DNA of 64,000 bases, from positions 57,784,001 through 57,848,000 of the forward strand of contig OZ241829.1 in assembly GCA_965202585.1 (NCBI GenBank). The letters are read 5' to 3'. This stretch comes from Thalia democratica. Its lineage: Eukaryota. Positions 39,701 through 51,037 of the stretch are shown piece after piece. Numbering within the stretch: position 1 is the stretch's first letter; each line of letters opens with the position of its first letter. The notes beneath the pieces were generated by a model, which made no database searches, was not told where the DNA came from, and worked only from the letters and a program-made list of their open reading frames with translations. The position numbers and the translations under genes are program-made.

Positions 39701-40504
39701 AATAGCTGTATTGAAATTATATATCATTAAAGAGAAAAACACAGAGAACATCTTTATATTAAACTAAAAAGATTAAACACAATACTAACCAGAAAAGTCT
39801 ACTTCTGATTGTGTTTCAAAATTTCTTTCACTTCTTCTGAGTTTTCTAATTGTGGGACTTCTTATAGACATGTTTTTCTCTGCAGCATTAAAAACTTTAT
39901 CTTCTCTATTTTCAGCGTCTTTATCTATAGTTTTCTGTGATCTTGTAATACTTTTTCTTTGAACAAACACTTTTCTTTCTTCAAATCTGTCCTCAGTAGA
40001 TGTCCACTTAATGTAGCTTGGTACATATGAGTGAAGCTTATTATCTACAGTAGGTTTTTCTCTTCTTCTGTGGTTACGATCAAGAGTAACTGCTCTTCTG
40101 ATGGTTGTGGTATTTCTTCTTGTGGATGGTTGAGCAGCTTTTTGTTCTCTAGACTTGATTTCACTAATTAAGTCACTAACTTTGCGCTGCCTTGAAGTGT
40201 GTCTTAAATCAAAATCTATAACTGAGCTTCTGCTTCTGTTACGCTGACGCGATCTTCCTACTCTAGATGAACTTGTGATTTCATTTTCACTGTTGCAACA
40301 GTTTTTAACAAACTTGTTTTCAATTTTCTTACTTCTTTCACGCACTAACTTTATTTCTTGCTTTTTTCTAGGGTTTAGTGACGTTGTGCATGTAAGCGGA
40401 AATTGCTGAGAGCTGTCATCAAGTTTTGTGCAATTTTTGCAGGAACCTTGACAATTATTGTCAATTTTTTCTTTAGCTTTTGAACCTTCTTTGAGATTAG
40501 ACAT
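7763..40504 (-). CDS. FGD: FGD/frabin-family RhoGEF (DH-PH-FYVE-PH), 18 coding exons, 1429 aa (gene span)
   Basis: All 17 introns are GT-AG with matching phases; exon lengths sum to 4290 nt. DH motifs ELLETEETYV and MLTPIQRVPRYQLLL; FYVE motifs WIKD, RRHHCRSCGRVICGEC, RVC; second PH motif IKAHSTIPLPGY. Which vertebrate paralogue it is closest to cannot be resolved here. Confidence 0.93.
9515..9657 (-). CDS. FGD: FGD exon 17 (PH2: DIKAHSTIPLPGY...KVQMKR)
   Basis: acAG acceptor, GTGAGT donor, 143 nt. Confidence 0.9.
10002..10142 (-). CDS. FGD: FGD exon 16 (PH2 start: VQADEVTG...KMWCVL...IFAAHQ)
   Basis: atAG acceptor, GTTTGC donor, 141 nt, phase 0-0. Confidence 0.9.
12073..12222 (-). CDS. FGD: Candidate alternative terminal exon of FGD (PKCNQRRHTVEV...PSELNN*)
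   Basis: ttttcaAG acceptor in phase 0 with the exon-15 donor, 49 open codons then TGA; exon-like GC/CpG content inside an AT-rich intron. Confidence 0.55.
   Translation of the reverse strand, partial: PKCNQRRHTVEVSVDAVKTAEKKLSSQVEKPRGFSYTMPNDITPSELNN
12451..12588 (-). CDS. FGD: FGD exon 15 (FYVE C-half: VICGECSEHK...RVCFKCY...KKGVLE)
   Basis: ttcAG acceptor, GTTAGT donor, 138 nt. Confidence 0.92.
12832..13189 (-). CDS. FGD: FGD exon 14 (PH1 end and FYVE N-half: TEDEKENW...RRHHCRSCGR)
   Basis: ttttcAG acceptor, phase 2 matches AG|C; GTTCGT donor; 358 nt. Confidence 0.9.
14400..15060 (-). mobile_element. 3' remnant of a Penelope-like retroelement (GIY-YIG C-terminus plus pLTR-like tail)
   Basis: ELANYIWNLKDNN...KWGIL...CKLCN resembles the PLE endonuclease tail TELSKYIWxLK...WxIL...CxLC; a hammerhead motif lies downstream. 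Confidence 0.7.
14412..14472 (-). ncRNA. Degenerate type I hammerhead ribozyme motif 3' of a Penelope-like fragment
   Basis: Minus strand: AGCTTTA-TTGAGGA-A-TGTATGA(12-nt loop)TCATACA-C-GAA-AC-GGCT-GT-A-TAAAACT. Stem II is a perfect 7 bp and stem I is 6/7; C3>U and G10.1>A substitutions. Confidence 0.6.
15697..15899 (-). CDS. FGD: FGD exon 13 (PH1: FNDLLVCC...GLQKTMEFLT)
   Basis: aacAG acceptor, GTATAC donor, 203 nt. Confidence 0.9.
17574..17723 (-). CDS. FGD: FGD exon 12 (EKFTKL...EGKIIKISARSGEKHDRYLYL)
   Basis: tgcAG acceptor, GTAAGT donor, 150 nt. Confidence 0.92.
18198..18362 (-). CDS. FGD: FGD exon 11 (DH: AHMLTPIQRVPRYQLLL...)
   Basis: tttAG acceptor, GTATGT donor, 165 nt. Confidence 0.93.
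19244..19433 (-). CDS. FGD: FGD exon 10 (DH: IGDVMERAAHFMKMYSLYV...CMGLKLE)
   Basis: atcAG acceptor in phase 2 (TG|G), GTTAAT donor, 190 nt. Confidence 0.92.
20239..20387 (-). CDS. FGD: FGD exon 9 (DH: VFHEQVK...IFGQISAIHQFHASYL...IENW); not in the ORF track
   Basis: tatAG acceptor, GTAAGG donor, 149 nt. Confidence 0.9.
21719..21750. repeat. (TA)n microsatellite
   Basis: About 16 uninterrupted TA units. Confidence 0.95.
21836..21931 (-). CDS. FGD: FGD exon 8 (DH helix 1: EQNSREKKLFNIVKELLETEETYVKVLKLIDG)
   Basis: gaacAG is the phase-0 acceptor compatible with the exon-7 donor; GTAAGT donor. Confidence 0.8.
22747..22946 (-). CDS. FGD: FGD exon 7 (NELRPDSMSST...SPKREN)
   Basis: tgtcAG phase-1 acceptor; weak donor GTTATT just before an in-frame TAA. 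Confidence 0.75.
23328..23509 (-). CDS. FGD: FGD exon 6 (LERISRDE...TTESSSI)
   Basis: acacAG phase-2 acceptor, GTTAGT donor, 182 nt. Confidence 0.85.
23765..24900 (+). mobile_element. 3' half of a Penelope-like retroelement (RT thumb plus GIY-YIG endonuclease), frameshifted
   Basis: LHPKLEFT...KLPFLD...VYRKTTDTG...WKLGLI...RALNICS...NQYP, then VIYKYTC...YIGETSR...RITDH; hammerhead-like motif at 24808-24851. Confidence 0.88.
24808..24851 (+). ncRNA. Degenerate minimal hammerhead motif in the PLE 3' region
   Basis: CCAC-TTGACAA-T-GAAACT-agtac-AGTTT-T-GAA-AAGCTT-T-GTGAG. Core matches CTGACGA...CGAAA after C>T and CpG-type changes; stem III is palindromic (AAGCTT). Confidence 0.45.
25430..25630 (-). 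CDS. FGD: FGD exon 5 (EIRNSNEIPK...EEMLQRR); not in the ORF track
   Basis: cttAG acceptor, GTAAAG donor, 201 nt, phase 2-2. Confidence 0.87.
25739..26128 (-). CDS. FGD: FGD exon 4 (SGSSPVDP...SSPTNNK)
   Basis: tatAG acceptor, GTAATT donor, 390 nt. Confidence 0.87.
28110..28464 (-). CDS. FGD: FGD exon 3 (NRTETSAW...KPALKPKPP...KNQDR)
   Basis: ttacAG acceptor, GTATTT donor, 355 nt. Confidence 0.87.
30965..31019 (-). CDS. FGD: Candidate FGD cassette or alternative first exon (GTSHDMFGWWKSVHYPRSK)
   Basis: cgtAG phase-1 acceptor fits the exon-2 donor; AA|GTAATG phase-2 donor fits the acceptor at 30272-30273. Confidence 0.45.
32577..32852. mobile_element. hAT-type MITE related to the element ending at 48212
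   Basis: Ends TAAGGGTGAGTAAC / GTTGTCTACCCTTA. The right end matches the reverse complement of 48212-48246. Flanks AGTTAGAT / GGTTAAAT match at 6/8 positions (possible decayed TSD). Confidence 0.55.
34334..35282. mobile_element. Non-autonomous DNA transposon, perfect 14-bp TIR CAGGGTTCGTGCGC, 6-bp TSD TGATTT
   Basis: TIRs start at 34334 and end at 35282; TTAGCCTGA subterminal repeats at both ends; TGATTT directly flanks both sides. Confidence 0.85.
35359..35634 (-). CDS. FGD: FGD exon 2 (PAQSTNDSMELNSK...LWDEKVQS)
   Basis: ttacAG acceptor, GTTTTT donor, phase 1-1, 276 nt. Confidence 0.82.
39790..40504 (-). CDS. FGD: FGD first coding exon (MSNLKEGS...EVDFS)
   Basis: AAAAATG start with in-frame TAA two codons upstream; GTTAGT donor; acceptor ccAG at 40527-40528 implies an upstream non-coding exon. 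Confidence 0.82.
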
Positions 40505-43253
40505 TTTTTAATCAATTAACTGTTGTCTGGTACAAAAAATATATATAATCAAAGTTACAATAAAATATTTTTCTAATTTGTTAGTGTATAGTAAAACACA
40601 ATTATCTAAAATAAAAAGCTTTCTTTAGTTTTTATAATTAAGATTGGTTTAACTTATTAAGTTAATAAATAATCTTATAAAAGTATAACAATTTATTTTT
40701 TATTTTACAATAAATTCTTATGAAAAAAATTGAAGTATTTTTATAAAACAAGTTTAAACTTTTAAAATTGAAAAATACAACATAAGTTTAGTTAAAAAAG
40801 TTATTACTGCCTATTTTTGTATAAATATTTAATTGAAAGTGTTTTATATTAAAAGCTTCAGTCAATAAAAAAAAAGACTGTATTAAAAAAATATAAATAT
40901 AAAAGAATATTTTTAAGAGTATATTTTTGTAAAAAAATACAGTAAAGATTAAAAAGTTATTTTTAAATGTTGCTACCTGTAAATTTTAACAAAAACTGCT
41001 CAAAATTTCAATGGAACAAAACTAATTTAATAAATAAGTATATTTTAACACTTTTGGAATTTAACTAGAAGTTGTAGTTCACAAAACACTTATAGAATTC
41101 AGACTACATGAACTATTCAAAAAATAGTACTTTTGATTGTTTAATTCATTATTTAAAAACTTAACAATCAATTAACTCAAGTCTATGTGTGTAAACACTG
41201 CATATGCACCTTTTTTGATTCAAAGATTTACTTAATGTTTAAAAAACTACACTTCAAGAAAATCAACAAAGATTTTATTTAAAACTCTTTATTATTGCTT
41301 GAAATACTTTTAAAAGTTTCGTCAGCAAGCAAGTAAAATAATAGCAAAAAAAATCATTAAGAATGATTGACATACCAAGACTATTTGAGAAACTTAAAAA
41401 TTATAACATTATTATTGTTGTTTGAAAGAGTAGCAACCTTAAAAAATGTTATTTGGGCTTGGAAGATTTGAAGGCATGTGGGCTCCTAAATTTGATATAA
41501 AAAAAATAAATATTATTTACTCTTATTTTAAAGCTTAAAGTATATACTATCTATATAATAATTTTATGAAACAAAAAATAATGGTCAATATTTAGGATAA
41601 GACAAGAATTGTAAAACAATCATGCAAACAAGTTCATAAAAGATCACACAAATGGAATAGAGTTTTTTCATAGGTAATATTCTCTAAATTTTTAAAAATT
41701 TATTTAAAATGTATCTACTTGTTTTCAAAAGTAAAGTACATCACTTTTTTTATTCATGATTTTTTTTAATATCAAGAACAACTAGTAGGAAGCAAGTTAA
41801 AAATTTATTATTTTATGAACAAACTTTTAAAATTTACTTTTTTTGTTTAACTTTAAAAAAATTTAAAGTAATTAAAATACCTCTTTCCTTTAAATTATTC
41901 AACTTTTTTTTTTTAATTAAACTGAAAAAGTTTTAAAACATTGTTCAAAAACTATAAGAGGATATGAGTTTCAAGTAAAATAGGCTATTTTTCCTTTTTA
42001 GTTTTCGCCATTGTTAGAGAACTTATTAAACTCTTTAACTTTGATCTCTAATGGTTTTTTCTGGTGGTTTCTTAGGGGATTTTTTTATATAAAATTGTTT
42101 AGTTGCTTCGTTGAGAAGTTTCAAAAACCTGAAATTAATTTGCATGTTTGCTGAGATTGCATAAATTTTTTATATATTTATTTTACATTATTTTATTCTA
42201 TACCCTTATCCCAACCTACCACCAAATTCAGCAAATATACAAATTAGTAGCACTATTTTTGAATCTACCAGTTTAGTTTACAGATATAAACAGGAATAAA
42301 AATATAACAGTGAAAAGTTACAGTAACTTTAAGTGAAATTTCAACTGAACTTAAATTTTTAACAGCCAGATTTTTTTCTTGAAACATAAACGATTTATGA
42401 GTTTAATAGCTTTCGGAACAAACAAAGATGTATAGTTTTAAACATTATGAAAAAGAAGGTTATTGTAACTATTTTGTTTTTGTAGTGCAAGATATATCTT
42501 CTGAATAGAAAGCAAGTTAACTTTATTCTTTTAAGACGAATTTGTATACGAGACATAGCTTATAGTTCTAACCATAGTCTCTATTGTAACAATGAGCGTA
42601 ACTCAAAGTATTACTATAGAATGATATTTTGAATTAAAAGAAACAAATTCTGTTCAATATTCAGAACTCTTTTTATTGAATTCTACCAACCAAGCATAGT
42701 AAAATAGGTTTTTAGAGCTAATATATTGGTAAGAACAATATATTTATTAAACCAATATATAGATCTTTTTTAAGTAAAAAATTTCAATGAAGTTATCTAC
42801 ATATAAATTAATTGTGCGAATAGTTAATTGTGAAAACTTGCAAAGACTTAGTTCACTTCATTAACGCTTTTTTGCGTATAAAAATAAATCCATGGAACTT
42901 TTTTTACAGAGCACAAACTTATGGGGATACAAACTGGTACAGCTTTCTTTTCTTTTTTAATTGACATAAAAAAGGATCTTCAAACTACAACTCAATTTTG
43001 TAAAATAATAAATCTCCAGTTCTTTTAACATTTTTATTACAGTATGTAATACTTTTTAAATAATCTAACTATTTAAATTAACATTAGTTGTTTATTGAGT
43101 AGGTCTGAAAATCAAAAGTTTTGTAACAAAATTTTTTAAATGTTAGCAATCAATTTTATTTTAATTTAGAAAAATATAGTTAAAAGCATTAATATTTTTG
43201 TGCATTGTTTTAAAATGGTGTATAATAGAAAATGTAGTATATGCTTCTTAAAC

Positions 43254-43648
43254 GGTTACATGACAATTCAAATTCAGACAATTCGATTTCCGACAATTCA
43301 AATTCTTAAAAATATATTTAAAAGACTATATCTCAAAAACTGAAACACATGTTTTGAAAATTAAAAAGAGGTTGTAGGTCTAATTGATATAATCATGATC
43401 GTAAAATAAAAATTAACTAAAATATTTATATATAGAGAAATTTAAATTATATTAAAAAATGTTACATTTATATACTTTTTATAGCCATATCTCAAATATG
43501 TTCAATATTTTGCAAAAAAAAAAACTTTCTGTAGATAATAAATAATAATGCAAATTTTTTTTTTTGAATATTAATTACTTTTTGAGATATGGTCTTTGAA
43601 ATTTTCTTAGAGAATTTTAATTGTCGGAATTTGAATTGTCTTGCACTC
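43254..43648. mobile_element. Second (inverted) copy of the Mutator-like MITE at 183-593, 9-bp TSD TTCTTAAAC
   Basis: Shares the TIR, subterminal repeats and internal AAAAGACTATATCTCAAAAA; TSD at 43245-43253 and 43649-43657. Confidence 0.8.
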
Positions 43649-43734
43649 TTCTTAAACACATAATTAAAAAATATACTTTACAAACAAATGTTTTTAAATA
43701 AATTTAGACATTATTAAACAGCTAAATGTTTTAA

Positions 43735-43800
43735 GTAGAAGTGGGCAACGTAAAGCCCACAGGACGGATCCGGCGCGCTGACAGAATTTTCTGGTTTGGA
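43735..43800 (+). mobile_element. Isolated hAT-type terminal fragment
   Basis: GTGGGCAACGTAAAGCCCACAGGACGGATCCGGCGCGC resembles the common hAT end GGTGGGCAACCTACGGCCCGCGGGCCGGATCCGGCCCG. Confidence 0.45.
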
Positions 43801-46800
43801 CGTACTTTTATGTTGAAAAAAAACTGTTTAAATCAAAACTAAAAAATATCTAGAATAAGCTCTTAATTTGCGTTTAAAACATAATGGTGCTTTTTTAAAA
43901 ACAAATACATTAATTTATTGCTTTGAAACAGTTTTATTAACTTTTCGAAACATAATTTTTAAATTTAACTATAGGATGAAAATAATTTAGTAAAAATGAC
44001 CTTCCAACCAAAAATTTTCTCAACCCTTTTCACAAAAGCATTCTAACTAATTTATTAGAAATATTAATTATAATTTTATATTAATACTAGTTTAACTTTA
44101 TACTGATAAAACTACCTTTATAGTACTTTTTTGTAGCTTTTTTAACACATATAAATATTTTAAATATACGCAAAAATATCAGATAAATCAAAAGCATCTA
44201 AGTCTTTTTGTTTTATCAAATACTTTTTAGATAGTCAGTTGATTTTCAACTGTTTTCATTCTGTTTTTATTGACTTTGTATTAGATAATAAAAATATGTT
44301 CAGGTTTGCAGTCTAATTTCAATACAACGTTGTGACAACGCTGGTTTTTATTTCTTTAAAGTTTCTGGTTTTCTTTAAATTTTTTGTCATTTGTTAGCAA
44401 TCTTAATAAAATACATCACCAAGAAACAAAAAAACTTTCTTTAATAAAAAACTTGAAACTTATCAAAAATTGTCCTATATAGCTGATTAAGTAAAGTCGA
44501 TCAGTATATTTCTAAAATATGATAAACTGTTTTATTATACAAGTAACATTTTTTTTAAGTAAAAAAAAGTAATACATTACATACTAAACTTTTTTAACAT
44601 GACAAAACTAACAAACATTTAATTTTTTTAATAATTTTGAGAAAAGCAGAAAAATTTAAGCTTAAAAGAAAATTTTAAAATATTTTATACTAACGTGACT
44701 CTCAACCTAATTTTGTATTTCTTTCTAAAGCAATCTATACACTTAAATTAGATTTAAAGTGAACATGTATAAAAATTTTGGTTTTAGTGCTTAATATTAA
44801 TTATACTAATGGATTCAAACAAAATATTTCAATTAAGGTCTAAAACTAGTTTCAAATTTGTTTCAATCTGTTATTGATGTACAACAGCTTAAACAAGTAG
44901 ACTAACCGTGTTTAGTTTTCTATCTTTCAACAATAAAATCTTGCTCAAGGCAATGCGATCCAGCTTACTTACCAACTGTGATTTTGGATGAAGTGTTTAG
45001 TAAGCGTTGTTGCGTGAAATAATAACAACTGCTGCTTTAATGTGATGAGAAACGCCCGGTTTTAGCCTTTTATTTTAAAGATAGAAAAATTATTTTTAAC
45101 GATGGTTTTGTAGTTTATTTTAAATACTCAAACTAAAAGCATTGCCATTTAATTTATACAAAGCTGGTTGATGTAAAAAACTTTGTATCCTATAAAACTA
45201 TGTAAATTTGAATTTTCGATGTCGTTTTAAAAGATATGCTTATGTAAATAAAATGCTAATTTTTAGTTTTTATAACAAGATGTAGAAAAATATTGTGTTA
45301 ATATATATAAAGACCAAAAAACTACTAAAGTTAAGTTTTCTTTTATCAAAAATTTGATGCTCTTTTGCTTGTTTTTTATTAAACTTTGTTTGACATAAAA
45401 TTATAATATAACAACATGAATACCACGGCTAAAGATAATTACTATGAAAATAGCTCAATCTAGTCTTTCTTTCGCTATGGTTTTTAGGTAAACATCAAAA
45501 GAATACCACCGAACAATCAAACTCACATCCTATGCTAGATCCTTTGAGGTTAGTATCTACTTTTTGTAAGTGTTTATAGTTTCACTAACTGTATCGCAAA
45601 AACAAAAAACTGTACACTTTTTTCTAAAATTCCTCAAATTTTAAAGTTTACACATTTAGATGTTATTAATATATTTTTAAAACTTGTATCTCAACATAAT
45701 TTTAGTTTTTAGATACATTTTTTGCTTTTCAACAGTTTTTTAAACTTAGTTTTAATATCTTTAATTTTTTATCAAGACTTAATATTGTTTTAAATTAAAA
45801 ATATTAAATAGAACTGCCAGTTTGTACAATCTAAAAACTCAGAATTACACCTAATGTATACATTTTATGATTAAAAAGTTAAACTGTTAAATACAACTAA
45901 AAATGAACTTTGTTAGATTACAATAACATGATATTTTGTTTAGAAATATAATTTTACCTTTTCCTTGAACTAAGTTCAAAACAGTTTCAAACTACTTAGT
46001 CTTATTAATTTTAGTAACTTAGGCTGCATAAAAACGGATTTGATAATATATAAAACTATTTATTTTAAGAAAACAATACAAACTTAGATTTTTACAAAAA
46101 TAACAAATTATTTGTTTATAGGCTTTATTTGAAAAGCTAAGAATATATTTAAATTAAACTTCTAATAAACTAAGTGTTAATTATAAATTTACATCTACGG
46201 AACGAACACAAACAAAACTTATGTTTTCGTAAGTAATAAAGGTTGTGTTTATCAAGTATTAAGCTATTGTAAAACTTTTTAATAAAATAAGTCTCTAGTA
46301 AAAGCATTAAATACTATTTAATTTTCTCAACAACTGTTGCATTAAAGAATTATTTGCTTTAAATTTCACTTGACTTTAATACTAATAAAACAACTTTTAC
46401 TTACTTTGTATGGTTTAAAAAACAACAAAAAAACTACGTTCAAACTAAAAACTATTAACACAAGCTAAAGTCTTAATGTTTGCATTTGAATACATGTACT
46501 AAATTAAACTTGTTTTTTATAGGAATAAAGTTTTTAAGCCAAAAATTATACTACAACAGTTTTGTAAATAACTTTAATCGTAAGGCTTAATGCTAAGTTT
46601 AGTACTATATTTTAAGATGTTTAGTGTTTCTTTTCTAAAATCTTTTCTAAATTTTCAAAATTCAAAAATTAAAGAAATATTTTCAATAATTCTAAAAAAC
46701 TTTCTTTAAGTTATTGAATTTTTTTTTGAAACATTTTCATTTATTTAACCTGAATTGTAAACACTTTTAAAGTGTACATACTTTACTCAATTAAACTAAA

Positions 46801-48211
46801 CAAAGCGTGACCGTAACCTTTGAAAACAATTTATAGCATTTAGAAATTTTAAAACCTTTGCTTCTTTAAAACAAAACGTTTATGCTTTAATAAGACAATT
46901 CAAATATAAACCTTAGTAGAAGTAATATTTTAATTATGTTTTTAGTTTTTTAAGCTGTTAGTAGAAATACTTTGAAATATAAACATAGAAAGTTAAGATA
47001 TAAACGTTGTACAAAATGAAAGGTGGTATTTACCAACTAAGTAATACTTAGATATAAAAGTATTCCTTTTAAATTAAACTACTCACTAAAAACTTTAATT
47101 AGCGGTTTTTTATTTTAAAAAGCTAAAATAACAGCTATAACCAGAATGTTTATTTAACTAACTAACCTAAAAGTTTACTGTATTAACTAAATATAAAATA
47201 AAATGGGTTATAAAGAATTATAATATTTATAAACTTGCAAGAAACCTAAATTTGGTCAAAAAATTGCTGATAATGAAAATAAAAACAGTTTAAACTAGCC
47301 CTAATAAATGTACAAAAAAACATTTAAAAGTTACAGTTTTACAATAGTTCTATCTGAAATATATTTGCTAAAAATTATATAGAAAATTTATATAATTTAT
47401 TGAATTAGTTCAACTGCCTAATAAAATAAAACTTTTTGAGAATGAATATATTAACTATCCTACTTAACTACGAAAAATAATAGTCTGTAACTACTATTGT
47501 TTGACAAGAACTATAACGTAATTGGTTTTTACTATTCTTTAAAAACTTATTAAAACTTTTGTTGTATAATTATATAGTTTTTGTTTAGTTTTGTTCAAAA
47601 TTAAGACAATTAAGTTCTAAAACTAATGCAAATTTGTTTATTGTTATACTTCAAATGTAATTTAAATGCACAAACAATGCTGTTAAATCTTATCTGTCTT
47701 AAAGGTCTGAAAATGTTTCGTTGCTCTCGGCATTTTTTTTCCAAAGAATAAGTTCACTCATTTTTAGTATAAAAAAAAGGAAACTATCGAAAAACCTTTA
47801 GTTTGTTTATACGAATGTGTTTTTAACTCAAATTATCTTTTAAATTAAAATACTGAAATAAAGTTTACTTATAAACAAACTATTTAAAAATTTTTAAGCC
47901 AATCAGTAGTTAGTTTCACAAGCTAATCACATTTAGTATTAACTGATATTAATTATTTATTCTGTTGTTGCATTTGATTTTGTAACAATATTTATCCTAA
48001 ACAGCAACTAATCTTTTTTATCTAAGTTTAAAAGCTTTAAATATTTATAAGTTTTACTTAAACTAAAAAAATAATAATATACTTTGTATTTAGCCATTAT
48101 TTTTTATTAAATTAATAATTATTAAATTCAGCCTTATTTAATTTAAATTAGTTCATGAAACTTAACCTTTTTCCAAAATCTAATTTAACAACTATCTTTC
48201 TTACTTTATTC

Positions 48212-49800
48212 TAGGGGTAGACAACTTTTCTAGTCGGTCGGCTAGATTAAAGATAAAAGGCGGACCTAACTAAAAAATAATAGTATTAAAAATGTTATTA
48301 AACAAAACTAGATATTTAATTAAGACACAACTTTTAATGGTAAAAAAATTAATCATAACTTAAAAATTTACACATGAAATAAAATAGCGAATCGTTCTAC
48401 ATACAAAGTATGTATTTAAGTCAAGGAACTATTTGTATTGGTCGAAATTTTTAACTGTTTATTTAAAATCCGGCTGCGAGTTTTATGTGGAAAATTCTCA
48501 GCAAAGACTGTAGGTTTACATTAGCTAGACTGAAACGTAGTTTACTTTTGTTGATGTTAAAGTTTAAAATTTTTTATTAACCAAAATAGATAGAATAGTT
48601 TCATTACAATATTTTTCAAGCTGTCTAAGTTTTATTTATTCAGTAGTGCATAAAACTTGTCAATACTTTCAAATAAGAATTTGTCTTTGAAAAAAGTCAC
48701 ACTGCAGCTCAACAAGTTCCAACTAAATAACATCAAGTGATTTCAAAGTCGATTTTAAATGGTTATTATCAGAATTTCCACTCTTTGTAGCAAATAAACC
48801 CAGCATGAATGATCATAAACTTTCTAGAATTACACAAAACAAACCCGATTCTGTTTAAGTTTATAGAAAAATAGATTTAAAATGTAGTAAAAGCAAAAAA
48901 AAAAATCAAATTATTTTATTGAGTTCAAAAACTTTACAAAAATCGTAGTAATAACAAATCGAAACTAATTATAGAACTTTTTTTATACCCATATTTTTGT
49001 AGTAGCAATAATATAGTATATCTAGTATACTTAATTAAATAATTAAATGGTTCATCTTGTTATAATAGAATTTATTGGTATAGATATTTATTCACGGTTA
49101 CTAAAATGTAATAACTCAAAATAGATTAAAAGAATAACCTTTTTTCAGAAGCACATAGAATTTAGCTTTTACAATTTATTGGTATTTTACAAAACTTATA
49201 ACAAGTTAATGCGACTGGTTTTAGTAAATCAACAAAACTCCCTCTACAGTATTAAACATTTTGTTGTTAGATTAATTTCAGCTTAAATTAATATTTTGTT
49301 TGATTTAACTGTTTTTTACTTCTTATTTAATTTCTTTGTCATATACAAGACGTTAAAAGGTATCCGTAATGTGTGACTCGTTAACCGTAAGGTTCTTCAT
49401 GCATTAGGTCCTACGACCAAACATTTTGAGGGTTTTTTTGTCGTTCATTAAACTATAACTGTAAACTTTTAATGTTGGTTTTTAAATAGCTCTAAAAGTT
49501 TAAAGTAATCCTCGATGACCAAAAGGTCTTTCTATATATCAGGTCATTAAATTATATTTTTGAGTTTCGATTTCTTTATTATGCTTAAAAACTGCTAAAG
49601 TGTAGTTATAAAAAGTTTTACATTATGCTCGTCGATAATCTTACTAACATGGTTAGAAAATGATATTAGCTTTACCTTGAACGACTTTACTATTGAGTAC
49701 ACTTTATGAGCAAAATTTCGTTTCCGTAGTAATTTAATACTTATTTCATTCATAGGTTCATAAATCGACTGCAAATGCAAATACTGTAAACTATTATGTC
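48212..49800 (-). mobile_element. Decayed hAT transposon (SPIN/Charlie/GTF2IRD2-type transposase C-terminal half plus TIR)
   Basis: Frameshifted peptides MNEISIKLLRKRNFAHKVYSIVKSFKVKL, LELVELQCD, SKLRFSLANVNLQSLLRI; TIR TAGGGGTAGACAAC at 48212. May extend to ~50150. Confidence 0.7.
49325..49457 (-). repeat. Dispersed ~120-bp repeat, copy inserted in the hAT remnant
   Basis: Reverse complement of the 2079-2207 / 51038-51161 unit. Confidence 0.7.
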
Positions 49801-51037
49801 TTTTAAACTGATGAAAATGTATTTTTTACCTCTACGATTAAAAGTTTAATTGGTGCTTCATTTGTTTTTAATGTTTTTTTTAAGAAAGTTTATAAGTTTT
49901 TTCTTAATATCAGGAGCTTACACGTTTTATTGGTTAATAAATCAAATCATAAAATGTTTGACAAAAAAAAAGAACTAATTAAGGTCTAAAATAAACAAAA
50001 AAATCTGAATCAGTAAAGACATACAAAAATCTAAATTGAAAAATTGAATAAAATTCTTTGCAAACTATTTTTACAAGCTCTTAAAGACAAAGCTAAAGTA
50101 AACACATTCACGAGAACTAAAACCATTTGTAAGAAAAGTTACTTTAAATAAAGCTCAAATATTTTTATAAAAATTTGGTAATAACTTTCAAAATTTTGTT
50201 GTAAAGAAGTAAACTTAGTGATCTAATTGAATATTTCATTAATGACTAAGAACACCTTTTCTAAACAATTTTTAATTCTTTGTTAGCAAAGTAAATACCA
50301 ATTTAACATTGGTAAAAAATTGCTTTCTACTTTAGTTAATATTTAAAAAACAGACAATGAAATAATTAATTATAAAATGTAAAAATTTAAATTTTTTGTT
50401 AGTGTCTACAAATGTCTGTGACAGAGAAACCACACACTCAGGTAAAAAATAGTCTGATATTTTTTGTTAAATTTATAAAATGTTTAGTATTTAAGTAGTA
50501 GTTGCATAAAAACAAAAAGTAATTAGTAGATTGTTATTTACTATAACTTAAAATTCAACTAAATTGTAGAAATACTTAACCATTTTTGATATTAAGAAAA
50601 CAAAACCTTATATGATGAATAATAGTGCTTTATATAAATTTTATTTAAAATAAATACAGTACAAAAATCTTTCTTTTGTAAATAGGTATCGCTACAAAAA
50701 ATGATATAATGCCTTAAAATGTTTAATAGTTATTATATTAAGTAAAGTACTCAAAAAATATGACAGCTAGCTTTGCAACTACTTTCTTCTTATAAGATTT
50801 TATTGTAGTACAGAAATTTATTGAATTACTTTGCTGTTTACTTACGTGTAAATTATCTTGTAATAATCTAGTTTAAAGGTATATGAATACAGTTGTAAGC
50901 AATTTAAAACAAGTCAATAAGCCTAATTTATTGTTCTAAGAAACATTTATTTTACAACTAAAATACCATTTATATCTTTTTAATGATAAGCTTTCCGAGT
51001 AAGATTTTATATAGGGTTTAATTTAACATCTTATATT

